NCBI GenBank assembly: GCA_045114455.1
Contig: JBGUKN010000033.1
Location: forward strand, 10,539 to 74,538
Length of the DNA stretch: 64,000 nucleotides
Reading direction: 5' to 3'
DNA from: Victivallales bacterium
Lineage (GTDB): Bacteria; Verrucomicrobiota; Lentisphaeria; Victivallales; UBA1829
Position numbers and translations under genes: made by a program
The notes under the pieces: model-generated
What the model saw: only the letters and a program-made list of their open reading frames with translations
Told to the model about the DNA's origin: nothing
Databases searched by the model: none
Shown: piece after piece, positions 1 to 10,471 of the stretch
Layout: each line of letters opens with the position of its first letter
Numbering within the stretch: the first letter of the stretch is position 1

Positions 1-66
1 TGCAAGTGCGCGAAGAGCTCCCGCCCGACCTGACGGCGGTTTCGAACGCAGAAGAAAAAGGGGAAT

Positions 67-1953
67 TCAGCGGCCGGACCGGGTGAACAACTCCGCACCG
101 CCCGGCATCGGCTCGCGCCTGAGACTGCCCCGCTTCACCAATGCTTCCAGCGAAGCCCGGAAATCGTCCGTCCAGAGTACAGCGGCCTGCGGCAGATAAT
201 CGGGATTGCGGTCCGGGGGACGGACGTACAGGCATGTAAAACCGCCATCGTCCAGCAATTTCAGGAGTCCGTCCGCATCCGGGATCGTTCCGCCCGGAAA
301 GTACTTGTCCTGGAAATATGGCGTGCCGATCTCGCATCCGCGCGGGAAATACAGCGTGCGCTCCTCCAGGACCAGCAGGCATTTGCCGCCGTCCGCGAGC
401 CGGTCGCGCAGAATGTCCACGGCGGGAAGCATGCTGTCCCCGGTGCGTCCGTACAGGACGTCGCGCCTGCCGTCCCCGCCCGATGCCGTCGCACGCAGAT
501 TGGCGCCGTAGGAACGATAGATGGCGGGCGGGAAGGAGAATACGGAGAACGCAACGGCAGCCCACAGGACGATCCGTCCGGCGCGGCCGCGAATGACCGG
601 GAAGGCGTCGCGCAGGACCAGCGCGAGGAACGCCAGCGCGGGGATCAGGAAGCGGGCCTGCGGCGACGTCGGCATCCAGGATCCGATGAGGAACATCAAC
701 GGAAGGAAAGCGGCGCAGAGGCGTTTCGGACGGCGCCAGAGCGCGATCAGGACCAGAAACGCCCACAGGAGCATCTGGAGACCGTACACGCCGTCAAACA
801 TCCGGGAAAGTGCGGGAAATGTCAGGCCCGGCAGAAGCAGAATCAAAGTCACGACGGAAAAATTGGCAAACTTCGCCGTGCCGAGCTGGTGGTGAAATTC
901 CGACGTCATCGTCTCCGGCGCGCCGAAAAGCCCGCCAAGGTATGGATAACACGGATTCCCCGTCGCGATCCACGGACGCTGGTAGAACAGCGCCGCGAAC
1001 AGCGCACCAGCCAGCGCAAAAAACAGAACGAACCGGATCCAACCGCCGCGTTTCCGCAGCAGGATGTACAGCAGCAGAGAGGCTCCGGCAAAACATCCTG
1101 TCAGCTTGACCGCGGCCATCGCTCCTGCCAGGATCCCGCACGCAATGGCAAACCCGGGGATGTCGGATCGCTTTCCGGGAGCTTTCAGCGCGGTGTCCGC
1201 GAGCAGGAGCCCGGCGGCAAGCAGCGAACCCATCAGCGGCTCGACGTAGCCGGAGATCAGCACATGCACCATCAGCGGAGCGACCAGAAACGAACCGGCA
1301 AAGACGCACGCCGCGGTCAGGTTTCGCCGAATGCCGCCGCATGCCAGAAGCACGAGCGAAGCAAAAAAGCACGCCGCCCCGCCGTACAGCAGGAGCTTGA
1401 CTGCCGCAAGCCCGCCGAACCTCATCATCGGAACGTACAGGAATTGCGGAAGCATCGGAAACCCGGAATACGGCAGGTCGCGGTACAGCAGGACGCGTCC
1501 GTCGGCGAGCCAGCGTTCCGGCACAGCCAGCTGATACACGCATTCGTCCCAGCTGGCGGGATACTGGAACGCCCCGATCGACAGGAAAAGCAGGGGCACC
1601 AGAACGAGCAGGATCGCGAACGGTATCCGTCCGCGGATAGAAAACGAGGAAAAGATCTCCTTCCGGAACCGGATCAGGCAGCCGATTCCGGCAAGCACGG
1701 GAAACAGGCAGATCGTACACGGGAGTTTTCCCGTGCCGAGACTCATCAGGACGGCGGCGCAGAAAAACGCACAGACTGCGAACCCGGCGGCAAACGAGAC
1801 CAGATGAAGCGTCAGGCCGCGCATCATGCCGCACCCGAGACCGCAGACGCGCAGGAACCCGTATCCGGTCCCCGCGAATCCCGCCGCAAAGGCAAGGCCC
1901 ACGAACAGAGCCGGAAGGATCCCGCCGCTCAGATGCGCCAGATATTCGGTCAT
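67..1953 (-). CDS. Polytopic membrane protein, probable GT-C (ArnT/PMT-like) glycosyltransferase
   Basis: 628 aa, many TM helices; WDECVYQLAVP loop after first TMs resembles the acidic GT-C loop; soluble C-terminal domain. Confidence 0.55.
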   Translation of the reverse strand: MTEYLAHLSGGILPALFVGLAFAAGFAGTGYGFLRVCGLGCGMMRGLTLHLVSFAAGFAVCAFFCAAVLMSLGTGKLPCTICLFPVLAGIGCLIRFRKEIFSSFSIRGRIPFAILLVLVPLLFLSIGAFQYPASWDECVYQLAVPERWLADGRVLLYRDLPYSGFPMLPQFLYVPMMRFGGLAAVKLLLYGGAACFFASLVLLACGGIRRNLTAACVFAGSFLVAPLMVHVLISGYVEPLMGSLLAAGLLLADTALKAPGKRSDIPGFAIACGILAGAMAAVKLTGCFAGASLLLYILLRKRGGWIRFVLFFALAGALFAALFYQRPWIATGNPCYPYLGGLFGAPETMTSEFHHQLGTAKFANFSVVTLILLLPGLTFPALSRMFDGVYGLQMLLWAFLVLIALWRRPKRLCAAFLPLMFLIGSWMPTSPQARFLIPALAFLALVLRDAFPVIRGRAGRIVLWAAVAFSVFSFPPAIYRSYGANLRATASGGDGRRDVLYGRTGDSMLPAVDILRDRLADGGKCLLVLEERTLYFPRGCEIGTPYFQDKYFPGGTIPDADGLLKLLDDGGFTCLYVRPPDRNPDYLPQAAVLWTDDFRASLEALVKRGSLRREPMPGGAELFTRSGR

Positions 1954-1978
1954 TCGAACGCTCCGCGCGGAACGTGCG

Positions 1979-2680
1979 TCACCAGACTTCGCCCTTGGAT
2001 TCGTAGTATTCGGCGACGTGCGGGACCACGGGCTTGATCAGTTTCTTGATCGCCTTCGCGTATTCGCGGATCTCCCACTGGGCGTGGTCGCTGTCGCGCA
2101 GCTCCAGGAAGTGGATCAGGTTGCTCAGGTCGACCGTGCCCCAGAACGTGACCATCATGTTCTGGGAGAGCACGCCGCGGGCCTGTTCGCGGCAGACGCC
2201 GGCGGCAAGCAGGGACTCGTACGCCTTCAGGGACTGTTCGTTCTGGGCGCGGATGAGCTCGCGGAGCGCGCCGTCGTCGAAATCCTCGCAGGCGACGGAC
2301 GCCTGACGGTTATTCTCGGCCTGCTTGCGGAGTTTCGGCGGCACGTAGAATTCCATATCGATCTCGGTATAGCGGCGGGAAATCTCGTTGTACGACCAGG
2401 TGCGATGGCGGTGCCACTGGCCGCGCACGAAGAGCGGACAATGCACGCTGAACGTGAAGACGATGTGCTCCAGCGGACTCGTATGACGGTTTTCGATCAG
2501 ATAGCGCAGGAGCGTCACGTCGCGCTCGTCCATTTCCTTCCGGATCTTGCCGAACGAAACGCGCGCCGCGTTCACGATCGTGGTTTCGGAGCCGAGGGTG
2601 TCGATCAGTCCCACCCAGCCCTGTCCGCCGAGCACTTTCACATGATTTTCCGGGGGCACGTTCACGTGAGTCAAAGCCAT
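1979..2680 (-). CDS. thyX: FAD-dependent thymidylate synthase
   Basis: ThyX motif RHRTWSYNEISRRY, NAARVSF, HTSPLEH, HAQWEIR; start moved to MALTHV (2680) with GGAAGGA upstream. Confidence 0.95.
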   Translation of the reverse strand: MALTHVNVPPENHVKVLGGQGWVGLIDTLGSETTIVNAARVSFGKIRKEMDERDVTLLRYLIENRHTSPLEHIVFTFSVHCPLFVRGQWHRHRTWSYNEISRRYTEIDMEFYVPPKLRKQAENNRQASVACEDFDDGALRELIRAQNEQSLKAYESLLAAGVCREQARGVLSQNMMVTFWGTVDLSNLIHFLELRDSDHAQWEIREYAKAIKKLIKPVVPHVAEYYESKGEVW

Positions 2681-2977
2681 TTCAGTCGTTCCTTCCGCTT
2701 GAGATATGTTTTGATTAAATAGTGTTCGCATCAATATACAGTCGGTCCGGCGCAAAATCAAGCCGTTTTCCGGCTTTCTTTCACGGAAAAAACCGAAAAG
2801 TTTTTTCCGGGGCAGATGAACTCATTTCCGTGCGCGGGCGCAAGCCGTGCATTGCCGCAAAGGAGGCTTCGCCTCCAAAAAAAACGGACCCGGGTCGAAA
2901 TGCCCGAGTCCGTTCGATGGTTTTGAATATGGTTCAGTCGGATTGGGAAACGAATCTGACTGAAGCGGGAAAGTGCA

Positions 2978-4426
2978 TCAGCGACCGCCGCCGGGACGCT
3001 GGCCGCCGCCAAAGCCGCCGCCGGGCATTCCGCCGCCCATGCCGCCGGGCATTCCGCCGCCGAAGCCGCCGGGCATTCCGCCGCCGAAGCCGCCGCCCAT
3101 ACCACCGCCGGGACGCTGACCGCCGGGCGCACCGCCCATACCGCCGCGACCGCCGCGACGACCGCCGCCGGCATTGTCGCCCGCGGCCTGCGCGATCTTG
3201 CCCAGTTCGGTCGGGATGTCGATCTGCTGCGGGCATCTGCGGACGCAGCGACGGCAGCCGATGCAGGCGCTCGCCTTGACGGAAAGCTTATTGTAGGCTT
3301 CCTTGAACGCGGCCTCGTCCTTCTTTTCGCAGAAGTCGTTCCATGCAGTGAATACCGCGGGGATCTCGATCTTGACCGGGCATTCATTGACGCAGTACCT
3401 GCAGGTCGTGCAGGGGACGCGGCTCTTGGAGACGCCCAGATACACGTCGCGGGCTTCGTCAAGGACCTTACGTTCGGCATCGGTCAGCGGCTTGAAGTCG
3501 GTGAAGGTCTCGATGTTTTCCTTCAGCACTTCCATCGTGGTCATGCCGCTGAGGACCGTGAGAACGTTCGGGAGCGAGGCCGCATAGCGGAACGCCCAGG
3601 ACGCCGCGGACGCCTTCGGATCGGCCTTCTTGAGGACTTCGACGGCTGCCGGAGTGAGGTTGGCGAGACGGCCGCCCTGAAGCGGTTCCATGATGATGAC
3701 GGGGATGTCCTTCGAGGTCAGGAACTCGTACATGCGCTTCGCGTTCTGTGCGTCCCAGTCGACGAAGTTGAGCTGGATTTGAACGAAATCCCATTCGTGC
3801 GCGTTCACGATGGTCTCGAGCGCCTCGGGGGAATCGTGGAAGGAGAAGCCGAGGAGCTTGATCTTTCCGGCCTCTTTCTGCTTCTTGAAGTAGTCGTAGA
3901 GCTTGAGATTCTCGAAGTTGCGGAAGCTGTTCGCATTGAACGCGTGCATCAGGTAGAAGTCGAAATAGTCGGTCTTGCAGGCTTCAAGCTGTCCCTTGAA
4001 CGTTGTTTCCGCTTCGGCAGCGCTGCGGAGCGACCAGAGCGGGAGCTTGGTGGCGATCATGTAGGATTTGCGGTCATACTTCTTCATCGCCTCGCCGAGG
4101 AACTGCTGGCTTTCGCCGTTGTGGTACGGCTGGGCGGTATCAAAGTAGTTCAGACCGGCGGCCATGGCCGTATCGACGAGCTTCTGCGCCTCTTCGCGGT
4201 CGATCTTGCCGTTCTTCTGCGGGAGGCGCATCATGCCGTAGCCGAGGAGCGGAACCGTGAGATCGGTCTTCTTGTATTTGCGGCGGGTGACCTTCTTGGA
4301 TGCGTCTTTCGCAGGCTCGGACGACTTCGCGTCCGCAGGGGTGACTCCCGTCTGCGCGGCGAGCCGGGACATTGCGGCAAGCGTGGTGAGCGCTGCGGCT
4401 CCTTTAATGAATTCTCTTCGATTCAT
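2978..4426 (-). CDS. Tat-exported aldo/keto reductase with C-terminal 4Fe-4S dicluster and Gly-rich tail
   Basis: Tat motif NRREFIKG; LGYGMMRLP, YFDTAQPY, GFSFH; CTTCRYC and CIGCRRCVRRCP clusters. Confidence 0.9.
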   Translation of the reverse strand: MNRREFIKGAAALTTLAAMSRLAAQTGVTPADAKSSEPAKDASKKVTRRKYKKTDLTVPLLGYGMMRLPQKNGKIDREEAQKLVDTAMAAGLNYFDTAQPYHNGESQQFLGEAMKKYDRKSYMIATKLPLWSLRSAAEAETTFKGQLEACKTDYFDFYLMHAFNANSFRNFENLKLYDYFKKQKEAGKIKLLGFSFHDSPEALETIVNAHEWDFVQIQLNFVDWDAQNAKRMYEFLTSKDIPVIIMEPLQGGRLANLTPAAVEVLKKADPKASAASWAFRYAASLPNVLTVLSGMTTMEVLKENIETFTDFKPLTDAERKVLDEARDVYLGVSKSRVPCTTCRYCVNECPVKIEIPAVFTAWNDFCEKKDEAAFKEAYNKLSVKASACIGCRRCVRRCPQQIDIPTELGKIAQAAGDNAGGGRRGGRGGMGGAPGGQRPGGGMGGGFGGGMPGGFGGGMPGGMGGGMPGGGFGGGQRPGGGR

Positions 4427-4480
4427 ATTGAAACCTCAACTTCTGTTGGGTTGAAAGTCTGAAAAAGGATGCAGGGAGAG

Positions 4481-4840
4481 TTAACCCTCTACGGCTGCGG
4501 GCTTGCGTTTCACGATCACGGAGCTGACGATCAGCATTCCGATCCAAACGGCGAGGATCAGCGCCGTCATGGCGCCGCCGACGGTCGCGATTTCGCGCAG
4601 GACTTCAGCGGCGTTGCCGTCACGGACTCCGGTCAGGAACGGGAACTGGAAGATGATCTCACCATGCCAGATGTGCTCGAATGCGAGCAGGGCGCATCCG
4701 CCGAAGGAAAGCTTTTCAAGCCAGCCGAGCTTCGTGGCCCAGCTGATGGTTTCCGTTTTGCCGGAGTCCTTGGACACGACTGTACGGCGGGCGATTCCGG
4801 CGGCGATTCCGGCGGCGAGAGGGGCGGTGAAACATGCCAT
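4481..4840 (-). CDS. Small conserved membrane protein (3 TM)
   Basis: 119 aa, GGAGG RBS, MACF… and LLAFEHIWHGE…PFLT motifs typical of a hypothetical family in gut anaerobes. Confidence 0.75.
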   Translation of the reverse strand: MACFTAPLAAGIAAGIARRTVVSKDSGKTETISWATKLGWLEKLSFGGCALLAFEHIWHGEIIFQFPFLTGVRDGNAAEVLREIATVGGAMTALILAVWIGMLIVSSVIVKRKPAAVEG

Positions 4841-4981
4841 TTTGACCTCCTTGGTTCCTTTCAGGGAGACAGTGCCTTGTCATAAGGCGATTGTGAAGAT
4901 AATGCGTACAGAATCCGAGGCGAAACGCTTCAGCTTTCCCGACAGCGGCTTCATGCCGACTCGGATTCTCATTTTCAAGAT

Positions 4982-5010
4982 ACTATATCACAGGCAAAAA
5001 AAAATACAAG
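4982..5010 (-). promoter_or_regulatory. sigma70-type promoter TTGTAT-N17-TATAGT (extended -10)
   Basis: Read directly on minus strand, 135 nt upstream of the 119-aa gene. Confidence 0.6.
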
Positions 5011-5159
5011 CCGCTTTCCGCGTTTTTTTTATAAATAATCCTTTCCGCGGAAACAGCCGGACGACAGACCTTTCCAAAAACGTAAAACAGGCAAAGATAT
5101 CCCGAAGCCCGTCGCGTTTTCGCAGCACGATCACGCCGCCGACTGAAAGAAACGGTGTA

Positions 5160-7931
5160 TCAGAACCCGAGGTCGGGCTGAACGTCCCACGAATCCTCTT
5201 CCCGTTCGGTTTCGACGGGCTTTTTCGGTTGCGGCTTTTTCTCCGGTTCCGGCGCGGGGGCGAGCGCGGGAGCGGGAGACGGGATGGGAGCAGGAGCCGG
5301 TGATGCAGGGGCTTTTTCCGCAGGCTTTATTACGGGTGCGGGTTTCTCAACAGGCACGGCCTTTGTTTCGGGCGCGGGTTTGGCGGGAGAAACAGGCTTC
5401 TTGATAATAACAGGGTTCCCTGTGGGAACGGATTGTGTTTCCGGCGTTTTTTTCACCTCAACCGGAGATTTGGGTTCCGGTTCGTTTTTCGCCACAACAG
5501 GAGACGCGGGCACGGCTGCCGCATCCTTTTTCGGGCGGACACGGCGCCGAACGGCCGTCGTATCTGTCCGGGACGCATCAACTTGAGTCTCCGGTTCAGA
5601 CGGCGCAGCGGGGGAAGCCGGCAGATCTTCAGGGGGTGTTTCAACGGGTGTTTCCTCCGGGGCGCCGCTCTCGTTTCCGCCGGATCCGCCACCGTCGCCG
5701 CCGCCATCGCCGTTATTCCCCTCAGGAACTTCGACAAGTTCAGGTTCCGGCTCGGCATCGGTTTCGTCCAGGAGGCGCACGAACGTGATCTTCAGGAGCT
5801 TGCGCGGAGAGATCAGGATGCCGCCGGCCTTGGGGGAACGTTCCGGCGCGTCCATCAGGGATATCTGCTGAATCTGCTTGGCTCTGATCGGCGTATCGAC
5901 CTTGATTTCATAGATCGCATTGGGGCGCGGCGTGATGAGCTCCAGACGGCAGCCGTCCGGGATGATACGGTATTCGCGGTCCTTGATGAAGGAGGCAATG
6001 CGGGTGCGCTTGAAATACGCGCGGCCGGTCTTCTTCTCGGAGTAGACAACGCCGAAGACGGTGCTCTTGTCGTAGCGGCGGAATTCGAACAGGCGGTCGA
6101 TGAAGATCTTGTCGGGGATGTCGATGACCTTGAAGTCGCCGGAACGCTCCACGCAGAGCAGGTGGTCGAATTCGTTGCACAGCACGATATCCTCGCTCTT
6201 CACGGAGGTGCCGATGTAGCAGTTCTTCTTGTCCCAGCCGACGCGGATGTTGGAAAGCGCGGCAACGCTCTTGTCGATCTTCGCGAACGGCTCGAGGCGG
6301 ATCTCGGTGCGGCGCGGGAACATGTCGCCGTATTTCGCGAGCAGTCCTTCGATGTACTTAATGGTGTACTGCTTGATGTGCTTCAGGTTCTTTTCCGCCT
6401 CGCGAAGATCCTTTTCGAGCGCGGCGATCTCATCGCGGTTCCTGCTGACTTCAAACGCCGCGATCCTGCGGATCGGTATCTCGACAAGGCGTTCGATCTC
6501 GGAATCCGGGATCACGCCCTGCGCCAGCTGGGCGATACGCGCGACCTCGGCAGGCGCGGGCTGCGTGATATGCGGTCCGGCTTCAATGGCGGCATGGAGC
6601 GCCTGCACGAGAGGAAGCCACTCGTCCTTGAACTGCTCGAGCCCGGTACGGACCGCCTGGAACATGGCTTCCCTGGTCTTGCAGGTCTCGATCTTCTTAT
6701 AGATCTTTTCCTCGATGAAGATCTGCGCGAGGGTACGGGCAAGAATCTTGTCGATGCACTTGGCGGCAACGAGCTGGAGTTCCCAGGTCAGGTACTGCAC
6801 GAGCTTTTCGGTGTTGCGGCGGAGGATGTCGCTGGCGCTCATGCGGACGGGCCGGTTGTCGCGGATGACCATATAGATGCAGGACAGGCTCATCTGGCAG
6901 TCGGTGTAGGTATAGAGGGCATTAACGGCCTTCTCCGGGCTGTAGCCGCGCTGAAGCGAAAGCTCGATGTTGACCTTGTCATCCGCGGTGTAGTCGTGGA
7001 ACGAGGAAATCTTAATGCGGGACTTGTTGACGGCGCTCTCGATGGAGTCCATCAGCTTGGACGTGTCGGTGCCGGCGTGGATCTCGCTGATGACGATATC
7101 GTGTTTTTCCGAGGCGATGCGGGCGCGAAGCACGATCTTGCCCATACCGTCCTGATAGTCGGAGACGTCCATGATGCCGCCCTGCGGGAAGTCGGGATAG
7201 ATTTGGAATGGCTCTCCCTTCAGGATGGAGATCTGCGCCCGCAGAAGCTCGTTGAAATTGTGCGGGAAGATCATGGTGCGGGTGCCGACGGCAAGGCCGT
7301 TGGTGCCCATGAGCAGCAGGGTCGGTATCTTCGAGGGGAGGCAGACCGGCTCCTTGTTGCGGCTGTCGTAGGAATCCACGAACGTCGTGATGTCGTTGTT
7401 GAAGAGGACGTCGCGCCCGAGCTTTGAGAGACGGCATTCGATATATCGCGGAGCGGCGGCCGCGGTGCCGAGGATGATGTCGCCGAACGACCCCTGCTTG
7501 TCGATGAAGCATTCCTTGTTCGCGAGGTTCACGAGGGCGTCGCCGATGGAGGCGTCGCCGTGCGGATGGTACTTCATGGTGGCGCCGACCACGTTCGCAA
7601 CCTTGTGGAACGTGCCGTTGTCCATCTCGTGGAGGGTCCAGAGGATGCGGCGCTGAACGGGTTTCAGGCCGTCGTCGACGTCCGGGATGGCGCGGTCCTT
7701 GATGACGTAGGAGGCGTACTCGATGAAGTTGCGGTCCATCATCTCCCGCAGGCGCTGGTTCGGGGACGAGTCGACGGCATCGGACGCGGATTCGTCGTCG
7801 CCCATCTCGTCGGACTCCGGCGGATAGTGCATATCGGGATCGTAGTATTCGGTTTCGGGCGTGTCGGACGGGGGATTGGAAGAGGCGTCGCGGTCGGGTC
7901 CGGAGGGAGGCATGAGATTCTTTTTCGGCAT
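5160..7931 (-). CDS. parC: DNA topoisomerase IV subunit A with long Pro-rich C-terminal tail
   Basis: DGLKPVQRRIL, YHPHGDAS, catalytic AAPRYIE; short CTD type; follows parE. Confidence 0.9.
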   Translation of the reverse strand: MPKKNLMPPSGPDRDASSNPPSDTPETEYYDPDMHYPPESDEMGDDESASDAVDSSPNQRLREMMDRNFIEYASYVIKDRAIPDVDDGLKPVQRRILWTLHEMDNGTFHKVANVVGATMKYHPHGDASIGDALVNLANKECFIDKQGSFGDIILGTAAAAPRYIECRLSKLGRDVLFNNDITTFVDSYDSRNKEPVCLPSKIPTLLLMGTNGLAVGTRTMIFPHNFNELLRAQISILKGEPFQIYPDFPQGGIMDVSDYQDGMGKIVLRARIASEKHDIVISEIHAGTDTSKLMDSIESAVNKSRIKISSFHDYTADDKVNIELSLQRGYSPEKAVNALYTYTDCQMSLSCIYMVIRDNRPVRMSASDILRRNTEKLVQYLTWELQLVAAKCIDKILARTLAQIFIEEKIYKKIETCKTREAMFQAVRTGLEQFKDEWLPLVQALHAAIEAGPHITQPAPAEVARIAQLAQGVIPDSEIERLVEIPIRRIAAFEVSRNRDEIAALEKDLREAEKNLKHIKQYTIKYIEGLLAKYGDMFPRRTEIRLEPFAKIDKSVAALSNIRVGWDKKNCYIGTSVKSEDIVLCNEFDHLLCVERSGDFKVIDIPDKIFIDRLFEFRRYDKSTVFGVVYSEKKTGRAYFKRTRIASFIKDREYRIIPDGCRLELITPRPNAIYEIKVDTPIRAKQIQQISLMDAPERSPKAGGILISPRKLLKITFVRLLDETDAEPEPELVEVPEGNNGDGGGDGGGSGGNESGAPEETPVETPPEDLPASPAAPSEPETQVDASRTDTTAVRRRVRPKKDAAAVPASPVVAKNEPEPKSPVEVKKTPETQSVPTGNPVIIKKPVSPAKPAPETKAVPVEKPAPVIKPAEKAPASPAPAPIPSPAPALAPAPEPEKKPQPKKPVETEREEDSWDVQPDLGF

Positions 7932-7937
7932 GATGGA

Positions 7938-9800
7938 TCAGACCAGGTTGTTTTGGATGTGTTCCCAGCGGGTCTCGTCGTTGCTGCCCATGTAGAACCG
8001 CAGCATTTCGTGGATGCCCTTGGTGTTTTCGAGTGTGACTTTTTCAAGGCGGATGTCGGGCCCGATGAACTGCTTGAACTCCTTCGGCGAGATTTCGCCG
8101 AGACCTTTGAACCGGGTGATCTCGGCGGATTTGCCGAGCTCCTTCGCGCGCTCGTCGCGCTCCTGTTCGGAGTAGCAGTAGAACGTCGTCTCCTTATTGC
8201 GGACGCGGAAAAGCGGCGTTTCGAAAATGTAGAGATGGCCGGAAATCACGAGCGATTCGAAATACTGGAGGAAGAACGTGAGCAGGAGATTGCGGATGTG
8301 CAGGCCGTCCACGTCGGCGTCGGTCGCGATCACGACCTTCGCATAGTTCAGATTCTCGACGTCCTCCTCGATTCCGAGCGTCCGCATGATGTAGAACAGC
8401 TCCTCGTTCGAGTAGATCGCGTCGAGCTTCTTCCCGAAACAGTTGAACGGCTTTCCGCGGAGCGCGAAGACCGCCTGATAGTTCGGGTCGCGGCTGGTCA
8501 CGAGGGAGGAGCCTGCGGAATCGCCTTCCGTGAGGAATATCATGGTCTCTTCGGCAAATTTCGAGCGGTCGCCGAAATGGTGGCGGCAATCCTTGAGCTT
8601 GTTGTTCCGCAGGGAAATGCGCTTCGAGATGGCGGCGCCCTTCTTCTGGACCTTCTGGATCTCGCGGCGGACCTGTTCGTTGTGCTGGATCTTTTCGAGG
8701 AGGAGATTCGCCTCGTCGGGGTGCTTCAGGAGACTGTCGACGACGGCCTGTTTCACGGTTCCCTCGATCCAGCCGCGCACGTCGGTGTTGCCTAGTTTGT
8801 TCTTGGTCTGGGACTCGAACAGCGGCTCCTGTATCTTCACGGCGATGGTGCCGAGGATGCCGTCGCGGATGTCCTTCGGATCGAAGTTCTTGTTGAAATG
8901 CTCGTTGATGGCGCGGGTGATGCCGCCCTTGAACGCCGAAAGATGCGTGCCGCCATCGCTCGTGTACTGCCCGTTCACGAACGAGAAATAGCGTTCACCG
9001 GTGTCAGCCGTGTGGCAGAATGCGAATTCGAGCGTGGAATCCTTGTAGTGGATGGGCTGGTAGAGCGAGGCTCCCTCGTCGAGCTTGGAACGAACCAAGT
9101 CGAGCAGGCCGTTTTTCGAATAATACCGCTGCCCGTTGAGATAAAGAGAAAGTCCGCTGTTCAGATAGGCATACATCCAGAGGCGGTTTTCCACCTCGGA
9201 GGGACGGATCTCGTAGTTCGGGAAGAGCTTCGGATCGGGAGTGAACCGGATGCGCGTGCCGGAATGCTCCGTGCCGGGATCGAGGTATTCCTCATGGTCG
9301 AGGATGCCCTCGCGGAAGACGGCGGTGCGGCATTTGCCGTCGCGCCAGGAAGTGACCTCGAACCGGGAGGACAGCGCGTTCACGGCCTTCGTGCCGACGC
9401 CGTTCATGCCGACGGAGAACACATATCCGTCCTTGTTGAACTTGCCGCCGGTATTGATCTTCGAAACGCAGTCCACAAGCTTGCCCAGCGGGATGCCGCG
9501 ACCGTAGTCGCGCACGGTGAAGGAGCCGTGGTCGGACGCGATATCGATGCGGCGTCCGAAGCCCATGATGTATTCGTCGACGGCATTGTCCACGACTTCC
9601 TTGAACATTACATAGATGCCGTCGTCGGGGTGCGAACCGTCGCCCATGCGCCCGATGTACATGCCGGGACGCTGCCGGATATGGGCGAGCGCGTCAAGGG
9701 TTTGAATGCTGTCGTCGTTATATTTCGAACGGGCGGCGTTCTGATCCGCCTGTTTCATCAGGTCGTCCTGTACGATATCGATGTCATTGTCCGGTGTCAT
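7938..9800 (-). CDS. parE: DNA topoisomerase IV subunit B
   Basis: HIRQRPGMYIG, EVVDNAVDE, GMNGVG, EGDSA, LRGK, DADVDG, RFKGLGE; 620 aa. Confidence 0.92.
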   Translation of the reverse strand: MTPDNDIDIVQDDLMKQADQNAARSKYNDDSIQTLDALAHIRQRPGMYIGRMGDGSHPDDGIYVMFKEVVDNAVDEYIMGFGRRIDIASDHGSFTVRDYGRGIPLGKLVDCVSKINTGGKFNKDGYVFSVGMNGVGTKAVNALSSRFEVTSWRDGKCRTAVFREGILDHEEYLDPGTEHSGTRIRFTPDPKLFPNYEIRPSEVENRLWMYAYLNSGLSLYLNGQRYYSKNGLLDLVRSKLDEGASLYQPIHYKDSTLEFAFCHTADTGERYFSFVNGQYTSDGGTHLSAFKGGITRAINEHFNKNFDPKDIRDGILGTIAVKIQEPLFESQTKNKLGNTDVRGWIEGTVKQAVVDSLLKHPDEANLLLEKIQHNEQVRREIQKVQKKGAAISKRISLRNNKLKDCRHHFGDRSKFAEETMIFLTEGDSAGSSLVTSRDPNYQAVFALRGKPFNCFGKKLDAIYSNEELFYIMRTLGIEEDVENLNYAKVVIATDADVDGLHIRNLLLTFFLQYFESLVISGHLYIFETPLFRVRNKETTFYCYSEQERDERAKELGKSAEITRFKGLGEISPKEFKQFIGPDIRLEKVTLENTKGIHEMLRFYMGSNDETRWEHIQNNLV

Positions 9801-10178
9801 GCTGTGTTGTCCGTTCTCCGTCGCGGTCAGTGTTTGGCCCGTTTCAAATTTGCATGTCGTGTTCTGGCCTGAATCTTTGTCCGGGACGCTCCCGTATAAG
9901 GCGCGTTCTCCGGCGCGGCGGCGCTTGGATGGTTATGTCGTCACTTGCCCTAATAATATATCTCAAATCCTGATTTCTGCAAGGCTGTTTTTTTCGAAAA
10001 AAACGGAAAAAAATGGTCCCCCCCTGTCTCGTTTTCCGGCGCGGCATCCGGGAAAAGCGGGCGGGTGCTTTTCCGGCGCACTCCCGGCAAAAAAATGCAT
10101 GGAAAGGGAAATCCCGGGACAAAAAAAGAACCCCCCGAAACATTTCCGCAAGTTTCTGAAGTTCCAATAGTTCCGAAT

Positions 10179-10253
10179 TGGAGCCGGCTCTCGGATTCGA
10201 ACCGAGGACCGACGGTTTACAAAACCGTAGCTCTACCGCTGAGCTAAGCCGGC
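10179..10253 (-). tRNA. tRNA-Thr(UGU)
   Basis: GCCGGCT/AGCCGGC acceptor stem, ACGGT-TTTGTAA-ACCGT anticodon arm, GGTTCGAATCC, encoded CCA. Confidence 0.97.
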
Positions 10254-10471
10254 ATATCGCTTCCCGGGGCCGCGTTCATGCGGCATGACGGACGAGCCCG
10301 GCCATAAAGCGCAAAGCCGTTCGGATCCGAGCCGTATTAATATGGCATATTTTTTTCAAAAGTCAAACACTTTCCCTTTCTTTTTGCTGTTTTCGTGGTA
10401 TAGTAAGATAGTCCGTTTGTCCGGCCCGCCGTGAGCCGGAACCGAAAACATGGAAAGGATGTCCCGTTTTT

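Noticed and set aside
9960-9975. Near-palindrome AAATCCTGATTT in the parE promoter region
   Set aside because: Short, imperfect and not seen elsewhere; could be chance.
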